Source of the DNA: Methanotrichaceae archaeon
GTDB lineage: Archaea; Halobacteriota; Methanosarcinia; Methanotrichales; Methanotrichaceae
Reading direction: 5' to 3'
Assembly: GCA_963803145.1 (NCBI GenBank)
Contig: CAWDLW010000016.1
Coordinates: forward strand, 78,239 to 142,238
DNA length: 64,000 nucleotides
Part shown: positions 30,654 to 40,452 of the stretch, in pieces
How the letters are laid out: each line of letters opens with the position of its first letter
Numbering within the stretch: position 1 is the stretch's first letter
Translations under genes and position numbers: made by a program
Notes under the pieces: generated by a model
Told to the model about the DNA's origin: nothing
The model's input: the letters and a program-made list of their open reading frames with translations, nothing else
Databases searched by the model: none

Positions 30654-31772
30654 ATGGTTACATACATTCAAATGTTTATGCCTGCTCTTCAGGCCGGGAT
30701 TACAACTCTGCTCGGGTACCTCTCAGCACACGTTTTGACCTGCCTGGTGCCGGCATTCTTTATCGCTGGGGCAATAGCAGCACTGCTGCAGAAGGAGACT
30801 GTGCTGAAATACTTCGGGGCGGGTGCTCCCAAGTGGCTTTGTTACTCAGTTGCCGCCACTTCGGGAACTATCCTGGCGGTCTGCAGCTGTACCATACTTC
30901 CCATGTTTGCGGGCATAGAGAAGAAAGGCGCTGGTATCGGTCCTGCTACCGCCTTTCTCTTCTCAGGCCCTGCAATCAACTTGCTGGCGATTGTGCTCAC
31001 TGCAAGAGTGCTGGGCGTGGATATCGGCATTGCCAGAGCAGTAGCTGCCGTCTCCATGTCTGTGGTCATCGGTCTGATCATGGCGGCTATATTCGAAAGA
31101 AGCCCGCCGAAATGCGAGGTAGAGCCGGGAAAAGATTCTATCGTGACTGCCAATCCTGCACAAGCGACTGAAGATACGGGAGGACATGGCGGTCTAAAGC
31201 ACAAGTCGATATTGTTGCTGGTGCTTCTGATCGGAGTGCTTCTCTCAGCCACGTCATCACTGCAGTTCGCGCTGAAATGGATGATAGTGGCAGCTTTCGT
31301 ACTGGCGTCCGCTTATATACTGAAAAGACACTTCTCCGATGATGAGCGGAGCATCTTCTTCAGTGAAACATGGGACCTCGCGAAGAAGATCTTCCCCCTC
31401 CTGATCGTAGGGACGTTCATTACAGGCGTGATTGGTTATTTCCTGCCTGTGGATCTGATCCGAGCGATATTCGGCTCGAACAGCTTCCTGGCCTGCTTCG
31501 TCGCCTCGATCGTAGGTGCACTGCTCTATATGCCGACCCTTTTGGAGATACCCATAGTCGGGACGCTCTTTGGGTACAGCACCGGAGTAACCGCTCCAGG
31601 TCCGGCTCTGGCCCTACTGCTTTCGGGACCATCTCTGAGCCTCCCGAGCATGATAGTGATCATGAGGGTGATAGGCCCGAAAAAAGGAGGCGCTTACATC
31701 ATCCTTGTAGTGATTATCTCGACATTGGTTGGAATGCTATACGGATCGATTGTAGGATATAAAATTGTTTAA
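30654..31772 (+). CDS. ArsP/DUF318 permease
   Basis: HVLTCLVPAFFIAGA, AVCSCTILP, FLFSGPAIN. Confidence 0.88.
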   Translation: MVTYIQMFMPALQAGITTLLGYLSAHVLTCLVPAFFIAGAIAALLQKETVLKYFGAGAPKWLCYSVAATSGTILAVCSCTILPMFAGIEKKGAGIGPATAFLFSGPAINLLAIVLTARVLGVDIGIARAVAAVSMSVVIGLIMAAIFERSPPKCEVEPGKDSIVTANPAQATEDTGGHGGLKHKSILLLVLLIGVLLSATSSLQFALKWMIVAAFVLASAYILKRHFSDDERSIFFSETWDLAKKIFPLLIVGTFITGVIGYFLPVDLIRAIFGSNSFLACFVASIVGALLYMPTLLEIPIVGTLFGYSTGVTAPGPALALLLSGPSLSLPSMIVIMRVIGPKKGGAYIILVVIISTLVGMLYGSIVGYKIV

Positions 31773-31796
31773 AATTTGAAATTGAGGTGAAAGGTA

Positions 31797-32030
31797 ATGA
31801 AGATAGAGATCCTCGGAACAGGCTGTGCCAAGTGCAAAAGCCTGACGAAGAACGTAGAGAAGGCAGTTGCCGAGCTGGGCATCCAGGCGGAAGTTGTCAA
31901 GGTGGACAGCATTCAGGAGATCATGAACAGAGGAGTCATGATGACTCCTGCCCTTTATATTGACGGCCAATCCAAGATTGTCGGCAAAACGGCGACCGTG
32001 GATGAGATCAAGAAGATGCTGAAGAAGTGA
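31797..32030 (+). CDS. small redox-active disulfide protein (MTH895/TIGR00412 type)
   Basis: MKIEILGTGCAKC...VMMTPAL. Confidence 0.9.
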   Translation: MKIEILGTGCAKCKSLTKNVEKAVAELGIQAEVVKVDSIQEIMNRGVMMTPALYIDGQSKIVGKTATVDEIKKMLKK

Positions 32031-32039
32031 GGTTTATTC

Positions 32040-32423
32040 ATGGAAGAAAAGAAGACGTGTCTTTGCAGCAACTCGGATGTGCGCATTGTGGCATGCTCGG
32101 GTGCCTCAAATGTGGGCCAGATAGCGAATCAGGCAGCAATAGATCTGGCAAAAGAAAAAGTGGGCGGATTCTTCTGTCTGGCGGGAGTTGGAGCACATAT
32201 CAAAGGAATGGTCAAATCCGGGAAAGAGGCAGATTTGGTTATTGCAATAGACGGATGTCCTGTGCAGTGTGCAGCGAAGACTTTGCAGCATGCGGAGATT
32301 GAGCCTGCTGTACAGATTATTGTGACCGAACTGGGAATTGAAAAGTCCCACGATATCTCAGTCGATAAAAAGGATTGCTCGATTGTTGTTGAAAGGGTAA
32401 AAGAGGAAATTGGCAGTGAATAG
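32040..32423 (+). CDS. DGC-domain putative zinc-binding protein
   Basis: ACSGASNVGQ, CLAG, IDGCPVQCA. Confidence 0.88.
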   Translation: MEEKKTCLCSNSDVRIVACSGASNVGQIANQAAIDLAKEKVGGFFCLAGVGAHIKGMVKSGKEADLVIAIDGCPVQCAAKTLQHAEIEPAVQIIVTELGIEKSHDISVDKKDCSIVVERVKEEIGSE

Positions 32424-32470
32424 CTGAATTTGCTGAGCGCCTGAACTATAACGGAAAATTCAGACGCATT

Positions 32471-32503
32471 GAGTGGGGTGCCAGATTTTGCTGGCACTCA
32501 CTT
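32471..32503 (+). terminator. hairpin after the arsR-arsP-trx-DGC operon
   Basis: GAGTGGGGTGCCAG / CTGGCACTCACTT stem. Confidence 0.5.
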
Positions 32504-32547
32504 ACAATGAGTTATGGGTACATTGACCATATTAGTTTCGCTTTTTA

Positions 32548-32632
32548 TAGTTAATCCTCTAGCTTTTTGCACTAAGAAATCGCTCTACCCAGGGCTTTGA
32601 ATATCCATCTTTTTTAAATCAATGATTAACTA
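32548..32632 (-). mobile_element. 85-bp MITE derived from the IS630 element at 51978-53060
   Basis: TA-flanked; about 68 bp match the reverse complement of the IS right end, and CAATGATTAACTA matches the IS left end. Confidence 0.9.
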
Positions 32633-32726
32633 TATATAATATCTTAATAAAAGCCCTTTCTGGCGGATTATCCGATAAAATGCAATTACGGCAAATAATT
32701 TATACAGCTGGAGCCCATTATCAATT

Positions 32727-33365
32727 ATGGCAGATTTTAAAAAAGTCGACATCCCGCAGGGAGTCTGGGACTTCCATGGACATCTCTGTCCGTTCATGCC
32801 GATCGGGTACCGGATGGGACAGGTCGCCATGCGGGAACTGGGCGTTTCGCACATCGGGGATCACGGCGCATTCGGCCTCTCCGAAATGGGCGTCGGCCAC
32901 CCGCAGACCTGCATGATCGACGGGTTCATGGCAGTCACCGGCTGCACGTATGGGAAACTCATGATGGAGCGGCTCAATTATGGGAAGGTCGCCTGTCTTC
33001 TTGTTGTTCCGGGGAAGGGCGCGGTCCGCGTATACCTGAAATCGGAGTTCCAGGACGCTCTTGGCAAGCAGGAATTCTTCGTGTACCGGAAGAAAGGGAT
33101 CGAGCCCTCGCAGATACCGTCAGACGTTGTGAAAAACGTGGTGGATGTAGTCCTGACAGCACAAGAATCAGAGATGTTCACAGTCACCAAACTGCCGGAT
33201 TACACATTCAGCCGCCTTAAAGGCTCCTTTGCCAAGACGAAGTGCAGCAAATGCGGCGAGTACGTCTTCGAGCGCTACGTGCGGATGGTGGACGGTAAGC
33301 CTGAGTGCATTCCCTGCTCGGGTTATGACCAGACCTGGGTGAATGTCCTGAAAGGCACACAGTAA
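32727..33365 (+). CDS. FmdE family protein with C-terminal zinc finger
   Basis: FHGHLCP, C.IDG...TGCTYGK, CSKCGE...CIPC. Confidence 0.88.
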   Translation: MADFKKVDIPQGVWDFHGHLCPFMPIGYRMGQVAMRELGVSHIGDHGAFGLSEMGVGHPQTCMIDGFMAVTGCTYGKLMMERLNYGKVACLLVVPGKGAVRVYLKSEFQDALGKQEFFVYRKKGIEPSQIPSDVVKNVVDVVLTAQESEMFTVTKLPDYTFSRLKGSFAKTKCSKCGEYVFERYVRMVDGKPECIPCSGYDQTWVNVLKGTQ

Positions 33366-33376
33366 ACCGGTGAATC

Positions 33377-34150
33377 ATGGACAGCACCCTCCTGATCGCA
33401 ATCGCTGCGGTCTTCATAGTCTCCATTATTTTCTCGATGTTCGGCCAGGGCGGCGGATCGCTCTACACCCCCATTCTCTTTCTGTTAGGGTACGCGGCGC
33501 TGACTTCGATCTCAACCTCGCTCACACTCAATCTCATCACTGCGCTGTCCGCATCGATCGTGTACTACCGGTCAAACCTCGTAGACATCCGGTTCGCGTT
33601 CTTCTTCGTACCGGGTATCTGCCTCGGTGCTTTCCTTGGCGGGGTGATGGCCGCGCTCATTAATCCCGCGATCCTGATGTGGCTGTTCGTCGTCTTTCTT
33701 CTCGGTGCAGGAGGGCGAATGGTCTACACGTACTGGGAGAAGGCATCACCCGAAGGTACCTGCCCAGTACAATTTTCCAAAGGGATGTACGCCCTCATCG
33801 TGATCTTCAGCTTTTTTGTCGGCATCATATCCGGTCTGCTTGGTGTCGGCGGTGGCATCCTCATCGTGCCGTTTCTGATATTCCTCTGTCGCTACCCGAC
33901 GAAAAATTCTGCAGGCGTGGTGAGTTTCATCGTCATCTTCTCATCGCTGTTCGGTGTCTTCGGGCACCTGACTAGCGGCGGTTTCGATATTCCCCTGATT
34001 CTCGGCTGTGCGGTTGCGGTCTTTGTCGGAGCAACGATTGGAGCACGAAGCATGGTGAAGATTCAAAGCGGGTATATTAAGGCGGGATTCGGTGTGATCC
34101 TCTGGGTATTTGCGATTCAGCTTATTCTCAAGCTGATGCATATTTTTTAA
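33377..34150 (+). CDS. TauE/SafE (TSUP) family transporter
   Basis: Two G.GGG...P repeats, about eight TM. Confidence 0.88.
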   Translation: MDSTLLIAIAAVFIVSIIFSMFGQGGGSLYTPILFLLGYAALTSISTSLTLNLITALSASIVYYRSNLVDIRFAFFFVPGICLGAFLGGVMAALINPAILMWLFVVFLLGAGGRMVYTYWEKASPEGTCPVQFSKGMYALIVIFSFFVGIISGLLGVGGGILIVPFLIFLCRYPTKNSAGVVSFIVIFSSLFGVFGHLTSGGFDIPLILGCAVAVFVGATIGARSMVKIQSGYIKAGFGVILWVFAIQLILKLMHIF

Positions 34151-34250
34151 TATTTTTTGCATTAGTTTCAAGTATCTTTATTGAGAAATGAGGATAAAAT
34201 GATATTTAAAGATATATCAATATCGAAAAGACGGAAGGTCTAGTATAACA

Positions 34251-34532
34251 TCATCTCTGGCCGAAAGACTCCTTCACCACTTCGGTCAGAATGGGACCTG
34301 CCTGGTCAATCACGTTAGCTTCATAGAGCCACCCCTTGCGCTCGGGAAGAACGCCGGTCACCATTATGGCTTTGCTCTCGTATTCGACTAGGCTAATCTC
34401 GTGGGAGGCCACCAGCTCTTCAGCTATGGATGCTGGCCTGGCTATGCGAGTCAGCTTGACTGTACAACATTGATGGCGCGGTGTTAAAATCGCGAACCGA
34501 CCGTCCTGTACTATGCCTAAAAATTTATCCAT
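34251..34532 (-). CDS. hypothetical protein
   Basis: 93-aa ORF preceded by GGAG; contains a CC pair. Confidence 0.6.
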   Translation of the reverse strand: MDKFLGIVQDGRFAILTPRHQCCTVKLTRIARPASIAEELVASHEISLVEYESKAIMVTGVLPERKGWLYEANVIDQAGPILTEVVKESFGQR

Positions 34533-34669
34533 TTCAATCGCTCCTTGGGATTGCACTTATATATTTAGCTATGTAATAGCTGCTATTCCTAATTAAATAT
34601 CTTTTGATGGATGAGTTAAAAAACAGTTATAAAATTTATCTGTGTCCAAAAGCTTTATAAAAGAATGCT

Positions 34670-35050
34670 GTGGAGGTTCAGCACATCCTAGTTTTCGGCG
34701 TAGGCATGATTTAGGCAACTTTCTGCTTTGCCTCGTTGAGTATATTGCTGTCAGTTTACCCTCCCACAGACGTGCCTGCCACAGTGATGATGCTCTCCTC
34801 GCTGGTGAGATTTCCCCTGGTCTTCATAAGCGGCGTCTTTCTTCCCGTAGAGGAGCTGCCCGCTTGGGGAAGGGCAATTTCATCTGTTTCACCTCTGACA
34901 TATTTCATAGACCTTGCGAGATACTCAACTATGGGCATAAGCTTTTACTCCGTTCCAATTGATCTGGCAGTTCTAGTGCTGTTCACCATACTCATCCTAC
35001 TGATATCCATAAAGCTCCATGAAAGATTTCTGCCTCAGCGGCTGTCCTAG
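34670..35050 (+). pseudogene. 3' fragment of a second ABC-2 permease
   Basis: VEVQHILVFGVGMI*ATFCFASL...FISGVFLP...SPLTY; in-frame TAG at 34712; no 5' half. Confidence 0.75.
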
Positions 35051-35369
35051 GCAAGAGGTACAATTTTGCTTAGAAGGCCGCCAAAAGTCCTCTTATCTGG
35101 GATACTTCATCATAGAGCAGGCGGTTTCCCACTACCATTTTATTCATGGATTCGATAACGCATCGGCATTTATTGATATGTCTTCGAGTTTCTTATCCTA
35201 TCTGTCTAACCATATTTTTAGCATATTGCTTTTTAAATTTCCTGCGCTACCAATTTTATACCTAAATTACCAAATTTTTCCATCAAAAATCAGCATTTAA
35301 GGTTATAATCCTAAATTATCCGTAATCCTTATATATCGGCGAAGATTGATACGTTATCAGTGAAAAGCT

Positions 35370-35657
35370 ATGTTAGACAAAATCATCGGAAAAGGCAACA
35401 GTGGTTGTGGCTGCTGCGGTTCACGAATTGTCAGTATGCGACAGGTTAACGTTGGCGGTCATAGCGTGGGAATAGCAGGTATGGATGAAACATTCCAGGA
35501 GTACTTCAAAAAGGGGAAGGAGCCAGAGGATTCCACAGCGAATGAGCTGTTGGAAGATCTGAAGAAGCTTAATTTCATCGCCGAGGGCACTGAGGGTATG
35601 TATAAGAAGGCATTCTTGGAGGAGTACAAGAGATATTACGGTGTCAGGAAGATTTGA
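35370..35657 (+). CDS. small CGCC-containing hypothetical protein
   Basis: GCGCCG...VGIAG...NFI...Y..A.LEEY; leads the arsR-arsP operon. Confidence 0.7.
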   Translation: MLDKIIGKGNSGCGCCGSRIVSMRQVNVGGHSVGIAGMDETFQEYFKKGKEPEDSTANELLEDLKKLNFIAEGTEGMYKKAFLEEYKRYYGVRKI

Positions 35658-35660
35658 GAG

Positions 35661-36089
35661 GTGATGCTAATATCGCCCGATAACGAGACTTATGATGACT
35701 CGGATATCGATGAGGATGCAATATGCACTCTCGCGAGGCTCATCGGCGATTCAACTAAAGCCAGGATGAGGGCCAGGAAGCTCTCTTCTTTGATGAACCG
35801 GATTGAGATAGAAACCACTGAAGAAGATATCGAAGTTTTCAAGGCTATAGCTGATCCCTGTCGCTTCAAGATTCTGAAGCTTCTCATTGAGGGAGAGCTC
35901 TGCGTCTGCGAGATTATGACCGCATTAAAAAAGCCTCAATCCTCCACTTCTCACCATTTATCCATCATGAAGGAGGCCGGACTGGTCAAAGAACGCAGAG
36001 ACGGCAAATGGTCCTATTATCGGATTGCAGATGGAGCGGTGATAGAGATAGTCAGAGAGGCTGAGGCCTTGAAGAAAAATAGAGCTTGA
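35661..36089 (+). CDS. arsR: ArsR/SmtB family regulator with N-terminal extension
   Basis: FKAIADPCR, ELCVCEI, QSSTSHHL, GKWSYY. Confidence 0.9.
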   Translation: MMLISPDNETYDDSDIDEDAICTLARLIGDSTKARMRARKLSSLMNRIEIETTEEDIEVFKAIADPCRFKILKLLIEGELCVCEIMTALKKPQSSTSHHLSIMKEAGLVKERRDGKWSYYRIADGAVIEIVREAEALKKNRA

Positions 36090-37003
36090 AGGAAAAAGAG
36101 ATGTTATGGGATAACTTAATTGTTGCAGCGAATTTCTTTCTGGAAATCGCTGTAGAGTTGATGGTTTTATTCATAGGCATAACCTTCCTGGTGGGATTGA
36201 TCCAGGAATATGTCTCAGATGAAACCATCAAAAGAGCCCTGGGTGGGCGTCGTAAAATCTTGGGCAGCATCCTTGGAGCAGGATTTGGGGCCCTCACACC
36301 ATTCTGTTCCTGCTCGACCATACCCCTGCTACTGGGGATGCTGAACGCCGGTGTGCCTTTTGCGTCTGCCATGTCGTTCCTGTTTGCATCGCCCCTATTG
36401 AACCCGGTAATCCTCTCTCTGTTCGTGATATTGATGGGGTGGAAAGTGGCAGCCCTATACTTTGCGGTCACTTTCATAGGCTCGATTATCATAGCCCTTA
36501 TCCTCGATGAGCTGGGATTTGCAGGCCAGGTCAAACCAGTGGCTGCCATAAGAAACAACGGTTGTGGCTGCCATCAGGGCTCGGATCTTAAGTCGCGGGT
36601 AGGCAGGTCTGCTGTATTTGCCAAAAACCTTTTCCTGCAGCTCATGCCGTACCTCCTAATAGGCGCTGGAATCGGTGCCTTCATCCACGGCTTTGTTCCC
36701 ACAGATGTGATCTCCCGAGTGGCAGGACCAAATAATCCCTTCGCCATTCCAGTAGCTGCAGCAATTGGGGTGCCCATTTACATAAGAGCTGAGACTATGA
36801 TACCCATAGGCCTCGCCCTCATAGAGAAGGGAATGTCCGTAGGTGCCGTCCTAGCACTCGTCATCGGAGGTGCTGGTGCGAGCATTCCTGAGCTGACGCT
36901 TCTTTCGGCCATATTCGAGAAGAAGATGCTGGCAGCCTTCGTGGTCACCATCTTCGTCATAGCTGTGGCTGCGGGTTACCTGGCCAACATGCTGGTTACC
37001 TGA
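36086..37003 (+). CDS. ArsP/DUF318 permease
   Basis: TPFCSCSTIP, FLFASPLLNP, GAGASIPE. Confidence 0.9.
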   Translation: MKEKEMLWDNLIVAANFFLEIAVELMVLFIGITFLVGLIQEYVSDETIKRALGGRRKILGSILGAGFGALTPFCSCSTIPLLLGMLNAGVPFASAMSFLFASPLLNPVILSLFVILMGWKVAALYFAVTFIGSIIIALILDELGFAGQVKPVAAIRNNGCGCHQGSDLKSRVGRSAVFAKNLFLQLMPYLLIGAGIGAFIHGFVPTDVISRVAGPNNPFAIPVAAAIGVPIYIRAETMIPIGLALIEKGMSVGAVLALVIGGAGASIPELTLLSAIFEKKMLAAFVVTIFVIAVAAGYLANMLVT

Positions 37004-37030
37004 TGGAAACAAAGAGGGAAAAGAAAAACT

Positions 37031-37315
37031 ATGGATATGCAGGGACGAAAAGAAATCCTAGAGGAGGTAGATAGTCTCTGTACCCTTCACGAAAAGATCA
37101 CACAATCTTCAGAGTGCAGGGAGTTTAACCACCGCACTGCTCTCCTTCTGCAGAGGCTGGAAGACGAAGGCTATACTCGGCTGGCGGATAGAGCCATGTA
37201 CCTCCTATCATACTGCAACCCAAAGGATCTCTCTCAGTGTGACAGCATCCAGCGTGCCAAAGACGCCCTGGAGAGATTAAGGGATCTGGCCAGAGAGAGC
37301 CTGGCAAAAGATTGA
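37031..37315 (+). CDS. hypothetical helical protein
   Basis: 94-aa ORF co-oriented after arsP, four Cys. Confidence 0.55.
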   Translation: MDMQGRKEILEEVDSLCTLHEKITQSSECREFNHRTALLLQRLEDEGYTRLADRAMYLLSYCNPKDLSQCDSIQRAKDALERLRDLARESLAKD

Positions 37316-37426
37316 TAAGAGTACTGATTGTTGGCCTGAGATCGGAAAAAGATGGGCGGGAGAATTTTCTATCTCAAATGTTATACGCGGTTAATGAGGC
37401 ATCTAACCTCTCGCACACGAGTCCAC

Positions 37427-38836
37427 TCACCAGAGCTTGAACCCAAAATATCTCACTGCGTAGATCAGGCCGATCAGTATCACCGCCAGCCCAAAGAGCT
37501 TTGTGACCCACTTTCCCATAGAGATATATTTTTCTCCTATCTCTCCCCCGACCGCTCTGGAGAAAGTCGCTATAGGAATCACTGGCACCCCGTGACCAAT
37601 GCCAAAGACAAATAGCATCATTCCTCCTGCCAGGGGCGTCACGTTCTGGGAGATGAGCCAGATGAGCACTGGGAAGACTAGTGAGACGGCACAGGGAGCC
37701 CAGCCAAGAGCAAAGAATATGCCCAATGTGAATGCTCCTATGAAGGCTGAGTACTTAAAAAGATCCATAGAGAAGTGAACGAGCCTCTCCATAATGCCCT
37801 TCTCCGCCGGAGGATCATCTGGATCGGCCTTATGGAAGGAAAGAGATGATCTTACTGGCTCGATGATCTCTCCAATGGGCTTGATGATATTTACTCCAAG
37901 AATGATCATCAACAGGCCTGCCGCCAGGTCGAAGAATTGCGCCTGACGGATGAAGACCCCTATATCCGACAGGAACAGCCCGACCACGAAGAAAACCAGT
38001 GCCATTCCCATGGTGAATGCCACGCCTATCATGAACCCTTCCTTCGAGGCAGAGGCGCTCTTTTTCAGGTACTCCTCCTTTCTGCGGGAGGTCATAACGT
38101 AGGAGAACATGGCAAGCAACAGTGCCACAGAACACGGCGATAAAGAGGTTATAATTCCTAGGAACAGCATTCCCAGGTAGGTCACACTACGACTCGGCAT
38201 CACGCCTGTGCTGTTGAACCCCGCTCCTGTCGTCTCCCCTCGTTCTATGCCTTTTATTTTGCTGTAGAGCGAATCGGCGCTCTGTATGCCATCAATTTCG
38301 CCCTTGCCGAGCTGATAGACATGATATACGCTCGCTATCTGCCCTTCTTTATTGATCAAGATCAGAGTGGGATTTGCAAAACCTCCTTCTAAGGTCGAGT
38401 AGTCGATATACTTGCTGGTGAGTGGGTAGGGCTCAAAATCCTCAATCCACGGCCAGCTCACATTAATATTCCACCAGGATTCGGCTAGAGATTTTCCATC
38501 CTTGGAGTAAGGAGACTTTCTAACATTCAGAGTTACTATCTCTATGCCTGGGTCTTTCTGCTTCAGCTTCGCCAGCTCTTCAGTCTGAGATTTAAGAGCG
38601 TGCTCGCATTCCCTGCACAACGGATTTTCTATGTTCGTTATATGCAGAAGTACAACCTCTCCTCTGTAATCGCTCAGCGATATGGAATTGCCGTTGATAT
38701 CGACGGCATGAAAATCAGGAGCTAAGGCTGCCTCTTGCGACAATCCTGAAAAAGAACTGCAGAAAATTATACAGCCGACAATGATAAAAAGAATAAGAGA
38801 TCCTGTAATCTGGGATTTATCGATCTTCAGAGGCAT
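37427..38836 (-). CDS. redoxin domain fused to CcdA/DsbD-type transmembrane domain
   Basis: APDF...LSDYRG, CREC; SLSPCS and LGWAPCA catalytic Cys motifs. Confidence 0.85.
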   Translation of the reverse strand: MPLKIDKSQITGSLILFIIVGCIIFCSSFSGLSQEAALAPDFHAVDINGNSISLSDYRGEVVLLHITNIENPLCRECEHALKSQTEELAKLKQKDPGIEIVTLNVRKSPYSKDGKSLAESWWNINVSWPWIEDFEPYPLTSKYIDYSTLEGGFANPTLILINKEGQIASVYHVYQLGKGEIDGIQSADSLYSKIKGIERGETTGAGFNSTGVMPSRSVTYLGMLFLGIITSLSPCSVALLLAMFSYVMTSRRKEEYLKKSASASKEGFMIGVAFTMGMALVFFVVGLFLSDIGVFIRQAQFFDLAAGLLMIILGVNIIKPIGEIIEPVRSSLSFHKADPDDPPAEKGIMERLVHFSMDLFKYSAFIGAFTLGIFFALGWAPCAVSLVFPVLIWLISQNVTPLAGGMMLFVFGIGHGVPVIPIATFSRAVGGEIGEKYISMGKWVTKLFGLAVILIGLIYAVRYFGFKLW

Positions 38837-38857
38837 TTCAAAATCCCTTATCCGGGT

Positions 38858-39415
38858 CTAGTTTTTCCAGCCTGCGGAATTTGAATCGTAGTAGCTTATT
38901 GCATCCTTGACGTAATCCTCAATCCAAGCTTTGCCGGTGACATCCTCAGTGCTGTGCCATACAGGCTGGACTTTCCCATTTGAATCGGGCGCGAGAGTTA
39001 CTATTATTGTCATTGGCACGTAGGTGACGCCGCCATTCGGGTCGTACGCCTGGAGAGCCTGCTCAGCTCTTGCATCGCTTCCATCAGCCGGAATATCGTA
39101 ATAGGTGAACTTATTTCCATACTCTTTCACAACCTCTGCCATGGCATCGGTTTGAGGCTTGCAGTAATCGCAACCCTTGTGAACGTAAACGACTACAGGC
39201 TTGCTCTTGAGAGCATCAAGCACCCATGAAGGATGATTGACCTCTGAGCCGAAACCAGGAGATTGAGAGGGATATGTGGTCCACCAATCATCATTTCCTG
39301 ATCCAACTGAATGCTCAAAGCTTGGCGAACCGGAAACTGCCATGCAAATTGCTAGTACAGCTATTGTAAATAACGATGCTGCAAAACATAATTTATTAGA
39401 TAATCCCATTAACAC
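38858..39415 (-). CDS. secreted thioredoxin-family protein
   Basis: Signal peptide, CDYC, cis-Pro VP. Confidence 0.8.
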   Translation of the reverse strand: MLMGLSNKLCFAASLFTIAVLAICMAVSGSPSFEHSVGSGNDDWWTTYPSQSPGFGSEVNHPSWVLDALKSKPVVVYVHKGCDYCKPQTDAMAEVVKEYGNKFTYYDIPADGSDARAEQALQAYDPNGGVTYVPMTIIVTLAPDSNGKVQPVWHSTEDVTGKAWIEDYVKDAISYYDSNSAGWKN

Positions 39416-39856
39416 TCCCCGTTTATCTTTCCATATTTCCTGAAATCTCCCTCACCAACCAATTCTTTTAAGGAGTTAAGGAGGCATCATCATATATCCG
39501 AACTTCTGTAATTCCTCTGTCGTATTCTTCTATACTAATTATTTAATTCTTTAATTTGCTAAAGCATTCTAGAGCAATCATATTTATGGCTTTCGGATTG
39601 AAAGGTATTTGCCTCGATAAACCTTTTAATAATAGATAGCGATTTTTATGATGTCCTAAGACTCAATGTGATACAAATTGATGATTATTTCTCTGACATA
39701 GTAGAAAAATAGGAAATAGGCAAAATGTTTATATATCGAGATACATTGATGTGTTGTAACAGATAGAGCATTACTAAAGAAAAGGAAAAATTTCGTAAAT
39801 ACCCGATAGCCAATACTTAACATGGATATAGTGACACCAAATTTAAAATAGCTGGG

Positions 39857-40048
39857 ATGAGCGATAATATTACAGGAAGAAAAAAGAGTTTAGAGCCTAT
39901 GAAATGCGATGTCTGTGGCAATGAGGGCGTATCCTTTCTCAAAGTAAACCATAGAGTTCTTGGAAGCATAAAGATCTGCCGTAATTGCTTCGAAAAGGAG
40001 CGCCTTAATCTAATTCCCCAAAAAGGCGGGTGCTCATGTTGCAGCTGA
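39857..40048 (+). CDS. small zinc-finger protein with CSCC tail
   Basis: CDVC...CRNC...GGCSCCS; overlaps arsR. Confidence 0.65.
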   Translation: MSDNITGRKKSLEPMKCDVCGNEGVSFLKVNHRVLGSIKICRNCFEKERLNLIPQKGGCSCCS

Positions 40049-40452
40049 ATGACGAGTGCGATAATGAAGCTGATGATGGCAAAGATGCCATTTGCAGTAT
40101 GACAAGGCTAATCGGCGACCCTGAAAAAGCCAGAGAGAAGGTGAAAAAGCTTCGTGCTCTTATGAAGAAGCTAGATTCGGATAGCGCTGATTTGGAAGTG
40201 GAAATCTTCAAGGCGGCAGCAGATCCATGCAGGCTTAAAATTCTAAAGCTTCTGAGGGATGGAGAGCTCTGTGTCTGTGAGATAATGACCGCACTGGACA
40301 GACCCCAGTCCTCAACATCTCATCATCTATCTATACTAAAAGATGCGGGACTTATTAAAGAGCGCAAGGAGGGCAAATGGTCTCGATATCGTCTATCTGA
40401 CGGGGCAGTCATTGAGATGCTTAACCAGGTTAGGCTTCTGAGGGATAAATGA
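40030..40452 (+). CDS. arsR: ArsR/SmtB regulator, paralog of 35661-36089
   Basis: DAIC, ADPCR, ELCVCEIMTAL, QSSTSHHL shared with the paralog. Confidence 0.9.
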   Translation: MLMLQLNDECDNEADDGKDAICSMTRLIGDPEKAREKVKKLRALMKKLDSDSADLEVEIFKAAADPCRLKILKLLRDGELCVCEIMTALDRPQSSTSHHLSILKDAGLIKERKEGKWSRYRLSDGAVIEMLNQVRLLRDK

